A stretch of DNA of 64,000 nt from Vicugna vicugna. Lineage: Eukaryota. A model generated the notes under the pieces. The model was given only the letters and a program-made list of their open reading frames with translations. It searched no databases and was not told the origin of the DNA. The number at the start of each line of letters is the position of its first letter. Positions within the stretch are counted from its first letter, which is position 1. The position numbers and the translations under genes were made by a program. Of this stretch, positions 1 through 13,090 are shown piece after piece. The stretch lies in contig MU057991.1 in NCBI GenBank assembly GCA_013265495.1, positions 62,001 to 126,000 on the forward strand, in the 5' to 3' direction.

Positions 1-705
1 ACTGGCAGGACCCCCAGGCAGGGCCACTACTTTCCTGCCAGCACCATCCGGTTCCCTAGCCCGGCGGCATTATCTCGCTTCTGCGCTTCTGTAAAACAGC
101 TTGCTTCTAGAAAGCAGAACTCACCCCTAAGATCCTGTTGGTTCCCGAAGCTCACTCCTGATTGGTCCACTTCTAACACCTCAGTTGCATAAAGCTCACT
201 CCTGATTGGCCCACTTCTAACACTTCATTTGCATGAAGCTCACTCCTGATTGGCCCACTTCTAACACCTCATTTGCATAAAGCTCACTCCTGATTGGTCC
301 ACTTCTAACACCTCAGTTGCATAAAGCTCACTCCTGATTGGTCCACTTCTAACACCTTGTTTGCATAAAGCTCACTCCTGATTGGTCCACTTCTAACACC
401 TCATTTGCATAAAGCTCACTCCTGATTGGCCCACTTCTAACACCTCATTTGCATAAAGCTCACTCCTGATTGGTCCACTTCTAACACCTCATTTGCATAC
501 GGTGTTGCCAAATGTTGCAAAGTCTTGACTGGCAGCCCATAAAAGCCTGTGTAAACGTACAGACGGGGTCCAGGGCTCGGAGTGTTAACTCCTCTGGGCC
601 CGCCGGCGTGATAAACCTGAGTTCTCCAACCCCCTGAGTGCTGCTTGGTCTCTCGCCCGGATCCAGGCTGCTGTCACCACTGAGCTGTCACTCTGAGCTG
701 TAACA
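1..705 (+). mobile_element. ERV-type LTR, 5' end cut by the window edge, in VOPP1 intron, sense to VOPP1
   Basis: U3-R-U5-like order: tandem enhancer array (148-499), TATA-like CATAAAA (538-544), poly(A)-signal-like GATAAA (610-615), ending ...GAGCTGTAACA at 705. Family not identified. Confidence 0.75.
148..499 (+). repeat. 8 x 44-bp tandem repeat, unit AAGCTCACTCCTGATTGGYCCACTTCTAACACCTCATTTGCATA
   Basis: CTCACT starts at 151, 195, 239, 283, 327, 371, 415 and 459, an exact period of 44 with few substitutions. Confidence 0.97.
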
Positions 706-731
706 CGCTCTGCTGTGCCATTTCGTCCCAG

Positions 732-868
732 GTTCCTGCTCATGATGGGCGTGCTCTTCTGCTGCGGAGCCGGCTTCTTCATCCGGAGACGCATGTACCC
801 GCCGCCGCTGATCGAGGAGCCCGCGTTCAACGTGTCCTACACCAGGCAGCCCCCGAGCTCCACTCCAG
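732..868 (+). CDS. VOPP1: VOPP1 (ECOP) penultimate coding exon (exon 4 equivalent), 137 nt
   Basis: Translates (W)FLLMMGVLFCCGAGFFIRRRMYPPPLIEEPAFNVSYTRQPPSSTP(G), matching the VOPP1 transmembrane/juxtamembrane region. Acceptor AG 730-731, donor GT 869-870. Phase is compatible with the exon at 16397. Confidence 0.95.
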
Positions 869-1639
869 GTCAGCCGCGCCCCAGTCCTTGTCTCTCCTCC
901 CTGCGCTTTCCGCGTCCTTCTGCAAGCCTTTGGAAAGGGCACTGCCACCGAACATGCTCAGAGGGAAAAAAGAATCAGGCCGCCTGTGTTCACTTAAGTT
1001 CTGGTGGTCAGCCCTCCTGTGCGTTTGTGTCGGTAAAAAATGCACCATCTGTTGTGCTGTGTGTCTGTCACCTCATGTAATCGCCTGATTAGCGGTGCGT
1101 CTTTTATGCAGTTCATAGATGCACGTTATTTGCATTTTCCTTCAAGATTATTTCATGTATATATTATTATGTAGAAACAGTTAAGTGCTTGCCTTTCTTA
1201 ATGCTTCTGGACAAAATATTAATTACGTTTCTAAGTGGTGAAATGACACTTAGATATTCTGTCCTGGCTGACCGTTCGCTTTCTTTTGTTTTGCTTTTTA
1301 TTCATTCATTCATTCATTCAGTGTTCATTGTGCTTTGACTGGTATTCTGAGTACTTACAAATAGCGCTGCTACAGACATTTCTGTACAAGTTCCCTGTTC
1401 AGGGAACATTTCCTAAAGTGGTGCCCCAGGGTCAGAAAGAATTTGTGGTTTCTTAATTCGTGTAAAACACTGCTTTAACTACCTAAAACTCCAAGGTACT
1501 GTGGTGGGTAAATTCGAGTCTCCCTTGGGATGCAGCCCGGTTCCCTAGCTTGACAGTTTTCCCTTTGGGGCCTGAGGGGTGCCAGGGGCTCTAGGGGGCT
1601 GGGGGGAGCCCCCTCTGATGTTCAGGGTTGTTACCATCA

Positions 1640-1812
1640 TTTCAGAAGGTGGGAGGAAATGTTTGGAGGAGATGGATAACTTCATGGCATCTATGTGATG
1701 ATGGCTTCATGGTGTATATTTAATCTCTAAACTCATTAACTTTCAGACATTAAATTTCTTCACCTTTTTGTATGTCCGTCACACCTCAGAAAAATTATTT
1801 TCAAAGGAAAAA
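1640..1812 (+). mobile_element. Old L1 (L1M-type) 3' end fragment
   Basis: Degenerate L1 3' UTR-like motifs (ggaggagatggat...gtgatgatggcttcatggtgtatat...aaactcattaa) followed by an A-rich tail. Confidence 0.5.
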
Positions 1813-2934
1813 GAAAGAAGCAGACGACTGAGGGTGGGAAGAGCTCTCTCCTGCTCTTCAGACACAGAGGTGCGGAGATGGACCTTTGCTGACCTGTCTC
1901 TTAACAGTTTTCTTCTGCCAAATAAATTCTCCCCGGGTTTTTTTTTTTTTAAGAAGCATCTTTATTATTTTTTAAAACGTTGCTCAAAAATCTGAATGTG
2001 TATTTTACACAGCGGTTACAGAGATTGCTGTACTTTAAGCTTTGACTCAAGGTTAGTACCATGTTTCACGCATAAGTAGGTTTTTATTCTTCCACATTTG
2101 GAAATACCTGAATTGTGCCCCAGCGTGGGGTAATGCGAAAATTTTCAGTTAAAATGGGAGGTGAAAGTTAGATTTTACCTGGGTTAACCTGACTTTTCAG
2201 TCCTCTTCGACTGTTTTTCCAAGAAGCAGGCAGCAGATCGGAGAAATGGGTAAAAGACTAATGGATTTCCTCTTTCCATCTTCATTACGTGGATTTCTAG
2301 TGTCCCATGTGGTCACAGAGGCAAGAGGCCATGTGTCCCTGGCCCACAGTGTCAGCTCTGTGGTTCCTTTCCTGGGCCACGCCATTCTGGCTGAATGTCC
2401 TCAGCGTCTCAGTGTTTCCGGACAAGGATGCCACGCACCCCCGTCACCCCCTCTCCCTGTCCCCGTCATCTCGTTTCTGCATCACAGTGCACCACGTCTG
2501 ACTGGAACCCTCAGCCCCCTTGTAATAAATAGGTCATCCGATCTTACCCAGTCTTATTTCAGACGCTCACCTCGCCCCTGAGCAATGCCTGCTGAAAGCG
2601 TTCCCAGCCACTGGCCTCTGCCAGCCCTTCTCTGTCTCGCATGTTGCCACCAGAAAGTTCTTGGTGGGGAAAAAAGAGCACATAGGTCACGTCGTTCCCC
2701 TGCTTAAGGGTCTCCACCAGCTCACTTTGCTCCCAGCAAGTCCAGACTCCTCGGTCAAGGACCCAGGCCCCCGCCACCTCATCCCGCACCCTCACCCTCC
2801 CAGTGCCCCGGGGGAGCAGCCTGCCCCCAAGTCCCCCACCTCACTGGGGCCCCATCCCCTGCCCTCCCTTTGTCCCAGGCTACTTCCCTTCCTCCTCTTT
2901 CCTGGGTGCTCAGGTGATTTAACCGCACTTATTG

Positions 2935-4000
<1,066 letters not shown>

Positions 4001-7000
4001 CTTTCACCATTTTAAAAATTCATTTATGTATTTATTTTACAATGTTGTATTTTTTAAATTGAAGGATAGCTGACGTACAATATTATATGTTGCAGGTATG
4101 CAATGTAATGATTCACAAATTTTTTAAGGTTATACTCCATTTATAGTTATTACAAAATATTGCGTATATTCCTCATGTTGCACAACACATCCTTTTTGCT
4201 TATTTTATACCTGAGAGATGGTACCTCTTCATCCTCCACCCTGATCTTGCCCCTCCCTTGTCCCTCTCCCCCTGGTAACCACTAGTTCCTTCTCTACATC
4301 TGTGAGTCTGTTTCTTGTCTGTTATATTCACTGGTTTGTTGTATATTTTTAGATTCCGCATGTAAGCAATATCTTACAGTATTTGTCTTTCTCTGTCTGA
4401 CTTACGTCACTCAGGATAAATGCTAAATCCATCCATGCTGTGCTCCAGAAACTAATACATTTTAAATCAACTGTATTTCAATTAAAAAGCAAACAAACAA
4501 CAACGCATTTAAAATATGAGCAGAAGAACTGAACAGACATTTTTCCAAAAGAGGAAATGCAGATGGTCCACAGGACCCCTCACGCCCGTCAGAATGGCCA
4601 TCACCAAAAAGAACACAAATGGATGTTGGCAAGGATGTGGAGAAAAGGGAACCCCTGTACACTGATGGTGGGAATGTAAATTGGAGCAGCCACTGTGGGA
4701 AACAACCCGGAGGGTTCTCAAACACCCCAAAATAGAACCACCGCATGGCCCAGCAATTCCACTCCTGGGAATCTATCCAAGAAAGCTAAAACGTTAATTC
4801 AAAAAGATACACACATCCCACTATTAACAGCAGCGCTATTTACGGTTGCCAAGACATGGAAGCATCCTCAGTGCACACCAACAGATGCAGGGACAAAGAA
4901 TACGTAGCATGCATACGTAATAGAACGTAACTCACCCACAAAAAAGAAGGATATTTTGCCATTCGCGGCCCTTCGTTCACTTTTCTTTTTTTTTCACTTC
5001 AAAAACCAGAATTTTTTAACTGGCATAAACATTTCCATTGCATCGAAAACAACAAAATACCTAGAAATAAACTTAACCAAGGAGGTTCCCTATACTCTGA
5101 AAGCTGTGAAACGTTGATGAAGGAAATTGAACACGATACAAAGAAGTGGAGAGATAGCTTGTGCTCTTGGATTGGAAGAATCAACATTATCAAAATGACC
5201 ACAGTACCCAAAGCAATACACAGATCCAACGCAATCCCTGTCAAAACACCCACGACATTTTTCACAGAACTGGAACAAACAATTCCAGATTTTATATGGA
5301 GCCGTGAAAGATCGCAGGTTGCCAAAGCAATCTTTTGTAGGTCTTTTTTTCTTTTTGTTCTTTTAATAGCTTGTGCTCTTGGATTGGAAGAATCAACATT
5401 ATCAAAATGACCACAGTACCCAAAGCAATACACAGATCCAACGCAATCCCCGTCAAAACACCCACGACATTTTTCACAGAACTAGAACAAACAATTCCAG
5501 ATTTTATGTGGAGCCGTGAAAGATCGCAGATTGCCAAAGCAATCTTTTGTAGGTCTTTTTTTCTTTTTGTTCTTTTATGGTGTGATGACCAGAGAAGTTC
5601 CTTTCATATTTGTTGTAAAGCTGGTTTGGTGGCGCTGAAACCTTTTAACTTTTGTTTATCTGTGAAGCTTTTGATTTCTCCATCAAATCTGAGCGACAGC
5701 CTTGTTAGAGTGTTCTTGATTGTAAGTTTTTCCCTTTCATTGCTTTAAATAATTCATGCCACTCCCTTCTGGTCTATAGAGTTTCTGCTGAAAAATCAGC
5801 TGATAACCTTGTGGAAATTCCCTTGTATGTTATCTGTTGCTTTTCTCTTGCTGATTTTAATATTGTCTCCTTACCTTTCATTTTTGTCAGTTTCATGACC
5901 ATGTGCCTTGGCGTGTTCCTCTTCGGGTTGATTCTGGGTGGTGCTGTCTGCACTTCCTGGACCTGGGTGACTGTTTCCTTTCCCAAGATGGGGAAGTTTT
6001 CAGTTACTACCTCCAAAAATTTTCTCAGGTCCTCTCTCTCTCTTCTCTCTGGGACCCCCATAACGTGAATATGAGTGTACTTCATGTTGTCCCAGAGTTC
6101 TCGTAAACTATCCTCATTCCTTTTCATTCTTTTCTATTTTTTTTCTGGTCTGCAGTAGTGATTTCCACGAATCTGTCTTCTAGCTCACTGATCCGTTCTT
6201 CTGCCTCATTTAGTCTCTTCTTGGTTCCTTCTAGTGTGTGATTCATTTCAGTGATTTTATTCTTCAGCTCTGTTGTATTTTCTGACCCTTTGCTAAAAAC
6301 TTCTCTCTGTGCATCTACACTCCTCTTGAGTTCTCTGAACATCTTGGCATCATTACTTTAAACTCTTTCTCAGATAAATTGCCTCTCTCCTCATCACTCG
6401 TTTTTCCTTCTGGGATTTTATCTTGGGCCTTGACCTGGGAGATAGTCCTTTGCCACCTCATATCGTCTGCCTTTCTATTTGTATCTTTAGGTAGGTTAAT
6501 TACATTTCTCGACCTTGGAGAGGTGGCCCTCTGTGGGAGACGTCCTGTGTGTCCCAGCAGTACACTCCTCTCTTGTCCCCCGAGGGCCAGGTTCCAGCCA
6601 GTCCCAGTATAGAGTCTGGCCTGCGTTTGTGGATTCCTTCCACAGGCTTTGGGGCTGTTGTTTTCGCATTTCTAGTTTCTGCCACCTGGTGGGTGAGGCT
6701 GGACGAGAGGCTTCTGCAGGGTCCTGGCAGGAGGAGCCTGCCCACCGCTGGGAGGGGCTTGTTCCTGGAACTCTGGTGGGTAGGGCTGTGTCTTGAGGCT
6801 TCCCGGCATGTAAGCCTACAGGCTGTTGGGCGGGGCTGGGTCTTGATGCCAATGAGCCAATCAAGATACCAGCCTCCAGGAAAGCTCTTGTAGCTGAACA
6901 CTCCCAGGATGTCCACCCCCGGCCTTTTATGTCCCCTGGGTGAGCCGCAGCCCTCCCCTGCCTCCCCAGAGATTCTCCAGAACCAGCCGGCAGGCCTGGC

Positions 7001-7491
7001 CCAGGTTCCTGGGAAATCACCGCTTCTGCCCTTGGACCTGGTACACATGGGATTCGGTGTACGCTTCCCAAGACAGCGAAGTCCCTGTTTCGCCCAGTCT
7101 TGTGGGGCTCCTGGAGTTGCGCCCCACTGGCCTTCAAAACCAGACGTCCGGGGGTCTCCTTCTCCTCCCAGGGCTGGAACCCCAGGCTAGGGAGCCTGAC
7201 GTGGGGCTCAGAGCTCTCCCTTGTGGGGGGGCCTCTGTGACTTAATCGCTCTTCAGCTTGTGGGCCACCCACCCGGTGGGGTAGGGGACCCAGCCATCGC
7301 GTGAGCACGCCCCTCCTACCGTCCTGCTGTGGCTCCCCCCTTTGTGTTTCCAGCTGGAGAAGATCTTTTTGGCTAGGTTCCAGTCTTTTTATCCTCCATG
7401 GTGGTTTAGCATTCAGCTGTGGTTTTGCTGCAGTCGTGAGGAGAGACGAGCTTGTGGTCCTGCCACTCCTCCATCTTGACCAGAAACCTTG
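4001..7491 (-). mobile_element. Nested, rearranged L1: 5' UTR and ORF1 (~7490-5545, minus), inverted ORF2 pieces (~4500-5335, plus), 3' end (~4050-4440, minus)
   Basis: L1 5' start motif (GGTCAAGATGGAGGAG on minus) near 7480. ORF1-like translations SLRELWDNMK...RINPKRNTPRHMVMKL...LSADFSAETL (5774-6127) and a coiled-coil piece (6124-6342). Plus-strand ORF2 pieces [12 protein letters not shown] (5114-5410) and PLLTAALFTVAKTWKHP (4695-4907). Confidence 0.8.
5154..5577. repeat. 212-bp direct tandem duplication (5154-5365 / 5366-5577)
   Basis: Both copies start ATAGCTTGTGCTCTTGGATTGG and end TTGTTCTTTTA, with about 4 substitutions. Confidence 0.93.
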
Positions 7492-8410
7492 CTTTATTGT
7501 TTTGATGATGGTTTCCTTCACTGTGAAAAGCATTTTAGTGTGATCTTGTCCCATTTGTTTATCTTTGCTTCTGTTTCCTTTGCCTGAGGACACATGTCCG
7601 AAAAAGGTAATGCTGCGTTCTCTTCTAGAATTTTTATGTTTCCAGGTCTTACATCCAAGCCTTTAATCCATGTTAATTTGTGTGCGTGGTATGTGGTAGT
7701 GTCTGGTCTGACCCTTCTGCACGTGGATCTTTAGTGTTTCCCAACTCCATTTTTGAAGAGACTACGCTTTCTTGTCAATGAGGCGTTCATATATGTGTGA
7801 GGTTACTTCTGGACTCTCGGTTCTGTTTCATTGATCTGTGTGTTTGCTTTTATGCAGAGACCATGCAGCTTTTATTACAATAGCTTTGTGGTATCGTTTG
7901 AAATCGGGGTGTGTTCCCTCCAGGTGGGTTCGTTTTTCTCTCGGATGCTTTGGCTATTTGTGGTTCCATGTAAGTTTTAGAATACTCTGTTACATTTCTG
8001 CGAAAAGTGTCATTGGAATTCTGATCACGACTGCATTGAATCTGTAGATGGCTTTAGGTAATATGGACATTTTAACAACATTAATCCTTCTAATCCATGA
8101 GCATGGAATACCTTGCAATTTCTTTGCGTCATCTTTAATTTCTCTCTTACTGTCCTACAGTTTTTCCGTGTGCAGGCCTTCACCTCCTTGGTTAAATGTA
8201 TTCCTAAGTATTTTGGGTTTTTTGTTGTGTATATAAATGGGGTTGTTCTCTTAGTTTCTTTTTGCTAGCTCATTGTTTGTGTATAGAAAAAACAGATTTT
8301 CCTATATTGATTTGTGCACCCTGCCACTTTACTATGCTTATTATTTCTAATAGTTTGTTTTTTTTGTTTTTTGGGGGTTTTTTGCTGGTATCTTTAGGGT
8401 TTTCTCTGTA
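7492..8410 (-). mobile_element. L1 ORF2 fragment, continuation of the element at 2935-4000
   Basis: Typical antisense L1 ORF2 text (tttgatgatggtttccttcactgtg...ctgcattgaatctgtagatggctttaggtaatatggacattttaaca...atccatgagcatggaata). Confidence 0.85.
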
Positions 8411-9002
8411 TCGTGGTGAGTTTTAACCCCTTATGTATACTTCGGGCCAAGTGCATCTGCAGGACTGTCCACTCAGGGTGGGGATTTGCTGTGGCCACAC
8501 TGGGGGCCTCACTGGATGCATACTGACTGCACACCTGCTAAGATGCTGCAGGTGTGTGGCGTGCAGCCTGGGTCCCAGCCCTGACTCACCCCCTTGTGCA
8601 CTGCATGGTTTACACAACCAGATGTGGGAGCGCTGTTTAGTTGCACAGTAACTCTCTAGTCACCAACTGATGAGAGCTACGGGGAAAAGTTCAGGATGCT
8701 GGGAAGCCTTTTAAGTGGGAAACTCAGTCGGGTGCACAGATGGAAGGGACTGAAGAATACGTAAGAATGGTTAAGTGGGAGTGAGGGCGGGCGGAGCGTG
8801 AGACGGAGAAGCCACCAGCGCGACTCTGGTGGTCGTCCTTTGCCACCAGCCTCTCGCACACCTGCCCCCCGAGACTCCTGAGCTGCGGGATCCAAACCGC
8901 TACTCTGGTGCCCGCAGCCACAGCATCAACTGCAGGATGCTCGTGAAGGGTGGATAAATGTAGGGACAATACTGAGTTTCTGTGAACAGTGGAGACGGGA
9001 GG

Positions 9003-9536
9003 TGTTACCGAGTCCAAACCTGTTCTGCTCGCCGCACGGCAGGCCAGTAAATCAGGAGACAAGGTGTTGGGGCAAGGAAGAGCGACTTTATGTGGAAAGC
9101 CAGCAGACCAAAGGATGGCAGACTGCTGTCCTGGAGAACCATCTTCCCCAAGTCAGAATTCAGGCTCCTTTGATACTAAAAAAGGGGCGGGGGCGGGGTT
9201 GGTTGTTGCAAACTGCCTGCTGCAGGAATCCTTTGTTCTTGCAGCTGTCCCCCGGGGTCAGGTCATGGTGCCCCTGCAAACCTCCAGCAAAACAAAGGTT
9301 ATTTTCTACTCTGCAACTTGTTACCTTTATATAAGTGCAAAGGTGTTAACATCCTTAAAGGCCTGAGCCTTGAGAACAGGCTCTTCTGTCTGTTTCAGGC
9401 TAAAGGCAACGCTGTTTCGCAAAAGGCGCAGAGCCCGCAAGACTGAGCCCAGAAAACAGGGCACAGGGTTAAAGCCAAAGGAACAAACCAAAGGAACAGA
9501 TCTAATACGGAGTCAGATTTGTCCTTTTCTAGTACA
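9003..9536 (-). mobile_element. Solo ERV1-like LTR, antisense to VOPP1
   Basis: TG...CA termini on minus (TGTACTAGAAAAGG...GGACTCGGTAACA). Clearly homologous to copies at 37347-37713 and 43358-43813. Confidence 0.85.
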
Positions 9537-10019
9537 AAGCTGCTGGTCGGAGGTTGGGGTGAAGATCCAGCTCGACTGGGCCTCTGCAGGGAAGGCCGAG
9601 GGGGAGGAGTGGGGAGGAGCGTGGCCTGGGGACCAAGACGAGGCGCCGGGACCGGGCGTTCGGAGGCCTGAGGTCCGCGGGCTGGGGCGGGCCCTGTCTC
9701 TCCTGAGCCTCTGCACCTTATCTGCAAAATGAAATTGTGTTAAGAAGAGCGGTCCTCAGTGTAATGAGTCTATACAGAGGCGGCCACCACGTAACTGGAG
9801 AAGGTCCGAGGTCCCCGAGTGATGCAGACCCCCAGTCCTCCCTGCCGGGAGCTGGAGGCCCGTGGACACGCCCCCTGGGGAAAGAGGGACGCCTACCCTG
9901 TCCCCTCTGTCCCCCCGGGCAGCCACACTGCGTTCACGCAGGAGGAGGGTCAGAGGAACACGTGCTGACTGCCCTTTAAGAACTTGCAGAAGCGGGTGGT
10001 GAGTGAAGGGGACAGGGGT

Positions 10020-10305
10020 CCTGTGGGGTTAGACTTCCACTTATAAGATAGATGCGTAGGTCCTGGGGCTGTCGTGTGAGCTTGGTGACTGTCGGTGACT
10101 GTATTTGAAAGCTGCCAAGTGAGGAGATCTTAAAAGTTCTCATCATGAGGAAAGAATGCGGAACTGCGAGGTGATGGACGATAACTGACTGGGGTGATTA
10201 TTTCGCAGTATGGTTGTATATTCAATCATTACACCATCTACATCTTCTGTTTGTCCAGTGTTCTGTGTCAGTTACAGCTTAATAAAAGTGGAAGTAAAAA
10301 AGAAC
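10020..10305 (+). mobile_element. L1M 3' end fragment
   Basis: Motifs gtatttgaaagctgccaag...gatcttaaaagttctcatca...gaggtgatgga...tgtcagttacagcttaataaaagtggaa. Confidence 0.7.
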
Positions 10306-12399
10306 TCTTAGAAGAGTGGGAAGAATGTGAAACCTCGTTTATAGCACGGCTGCGGGGCTGGAGGAGTGTGGGGCTGGGCCTCAGGGAGATCTGAGCCGAC
10401 CTTGTGCCCTGGACGCTGGTGTTGGGAACGGTTCCCGCGGGACACAAAGGAAAAGATAATAATGTTACGGTCCCTCTTTGTGGGATACTGTGTGGCTCTC
10501 CAGCTGACAGTCTAGATCAAGGCCCTGTAACTGTGGCAGGACAAGTGTGAAGCTGTATTTAGGGAAGCGGTGTGTGCCGTGTGCTCACACAGGTGCACAG
10601 AAGTGCGAGAGGACAGGAGGAATGACAGCTGTGCTGTTAATGTGACTTTAAATTGTCTTTACAAATGGTTAACTGTAATGTGACTAATCCTCATTAAAAA
10701 AAAAAAAAGTGAAACAAAAGTAGGATTGTTCCCATTGGGAGATACACTGTAATTCCTTTCCACCAGTGCATTTCCAGGGAGTTTGTTGACTGACTTTCTG
10801 ACGGATCCTATACTAAACCTGTCAGTTGCAGTAACAGTAGTGGCCTGGATAAATGATGCCAAGTGCAGGAAAATGGAAATGGTAGGGAGTGTGTTTTGAC
10901 AGTTTAATTACCCTCCAAATCAGAGCTGAGACATAAACGGGGCTGCTTCAGCCATGAGGAGAAGCTCCTGTCTGCCTGTTCCCGTGGGAGGCGAGGGCCC
11001 CAGTGCTCACATGTGTCTTGGCAGAATTGCAGCTGGATAATCCCTACAGACTGTGACAGCTCAGCCTGAAAGGCCAGGTACCTAATACAGATACGGCTTT
11101 GCCTTCCATCCTCCCCCTCCTCCCAAAGAAACAGTAAGAGAAAGGCCTTCTGTGTTGTGGATAAGCGTTGCCAGAGCAGACAGGCGGGGTTGGGACTGCT
11201 GGCTCCCTTCCTGGGGCCGACCCGTGTGACCAGTCTTTCGTATCTTTCAAGAAATGATCCATGACTTTTCTGACATGTATATAAGAAAAGAAGTCGTTTT
11301 GATACTGATAAAAATGACTTTGCGCAGTGAGCTACAACTCGAGCCCTGTGTTGAATAACGTCAAAGTATACAAAATGGGAACTCAGGAGAGGAAAGTACG
11401 TGGAAACTGTAGACGTGTCAGTGCATCATTATTAATCTGATCAAAATATAACGTGGAGTATTTAGACGAATTTATCCAATTTTACACTATGAAGAAAAGT
11501 TGAATCAGTCTGCAAGAGCAGAGATCCCACGCTGTGGGGTCCAGACCAGGATGCTCTGGGCCCCACTGCTAACCTCGCGTCCCTCTAGCACATCTTGGGG
11601 AAGTGACTCCGTTTCTCTAAGCCTGAAGCACCTGACCCGTGACACACTTTCTTAGCGTGACTGCACATGGGGTGATCCCGCACAGGGGCAGCACGGAGTG
11701 AGTGGCAGTAAAGGCTGCTGCCAGTATTCCTGAAATGTGTCGTTTTAAGAAATCTGTAGACGAGCAAATGAGTCATCTGCACCCACTTGGAAGTGAAGGA
11801 TTCCCCCCTGCATTAGTCATTGAGCGAATGAAGGCTAGGAGTGAGGGAGGAGCCGGCTCCCCGCCCTCACTCCAGACCTGCTCGCCCATCTCTGCTGTTC
11901 CCACCCGCCGTCCCCACTGTCCTGGTCCCCCTCGTCCCACGCCTGCTGCATGCTGCCCTTCTGATTTTCTGAAAACCTCCAGGCTGCCACGTTGGTGGCT
12001 TCAGCACTGTGGTTTCTTCCATCTGAAAGGCCCGTTCTCCATCTGTACCCACGTCCTCATGTACCCATGGTTGCTCCTCCATCACCTGCTCCCCGTGTAC
12101 ACCTGGCCGCTCCTCCATCATTAGCATCAGTAATAGACTATGTATTCTTATTTAGCTGGCTTATTGTCTCTCTAAGCTGGAAGTAACTTAAGGACTTGAG
12201 ATTTTCTGTTTTTGTTATCGCTGTATCCTGAATGCCCATAACAGCGCTGGATGATTGTTAGAATTCAATGTTTGTTTAATATACAAGTGAATGAAGTATC
12301 TGTGAAAAATTAATGCAAAGCCATATGCAATGCACATGAGCTGATATTTAGGTAAATTCATAGCCGCCTTCTTTATTAAAAATTTAAAATAAGAGAGAA

Positions 12400-13090
12400 A
12401 ATGAACGGACCTCTCCTTAAAAGAGGTTAAGAAATAAATAAAATAAATTCACCGAAAGCAGTGAGAAATAATACGTAGTATGTAAAAATATAAATTAACT
12501 ACATAAAACGGAAAAACTGGTTTTCAAGGCTAAAAGTGAGTGCCTGGTAGAAAGCAACTGAAGTAAATAATATTGCCACTTCCACCCCCTGATAAATGTA
12601 ATTAATAAAGCAGGATAAAGATAAAATCATAAATCAAAACATGACATATCCATTAGAGATGTAAAATTACACAAAGTATCCCTGAAATGGACAATGTTGG
12701 TCAGACAGGAAAGTATACATTATCAAAGATGCTTTAGAACGCTGAACATTTCAGTGGTCCCAAAAGCAAACGAGTTTGAGGACATTTTCAAGGAATTAGC
12801 TTTCAGAATGGCTCCAAATTCATATGGTATCACTGAGACTTTTAAGAAACAGTTCATTTCAGTGCAGCGTAAATTACTACAAAGTACAGAAAGTGACGGA
12901 AATCTACCTCGTTTTTTGTAAAGCTACTGCAACTTGGAAACAAACACTAAAATAAAAATCATGTTTAATGAGCATGAATGCAAAAATCCTGGGAAACTGC
13001 ATTGAATCATATGTCAAAGACACTGCCATGACCAAGCATTGGTCTTCCTACCACAAGAGGAGCTGTTAACATTGTACATTATGTCAGAAA
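12400..13090 (+). mobile_element. Highly degenerate old L1 ORF2 fragment
   Basis: A-rich with L1-like remnants (gaatgcaaaaatcct...catgaccaag). No intact frame. Confidence 0.45.

Noticed and set aside
148..499. CRISPR-like regularly spaced repeats
   Set aside because: The units are contiguous with no unique spacers and the DNA is mammalian. This is an LTR tandem array.
715..1080. 121-aa ORF as a standalone gene
   Set aside because: Only 732-868 matches VOPP1. The rest is read-through past the GT donor, with no support for intron retention.
6496..7593. 365-aa minus-strand ORF, the longest in the window
   Set aside because: It spans the junction between an L1 ORF2 fragment and a GC-rich L1 5' UTR, with no recognisable domain. 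Most likely a chance open frame.
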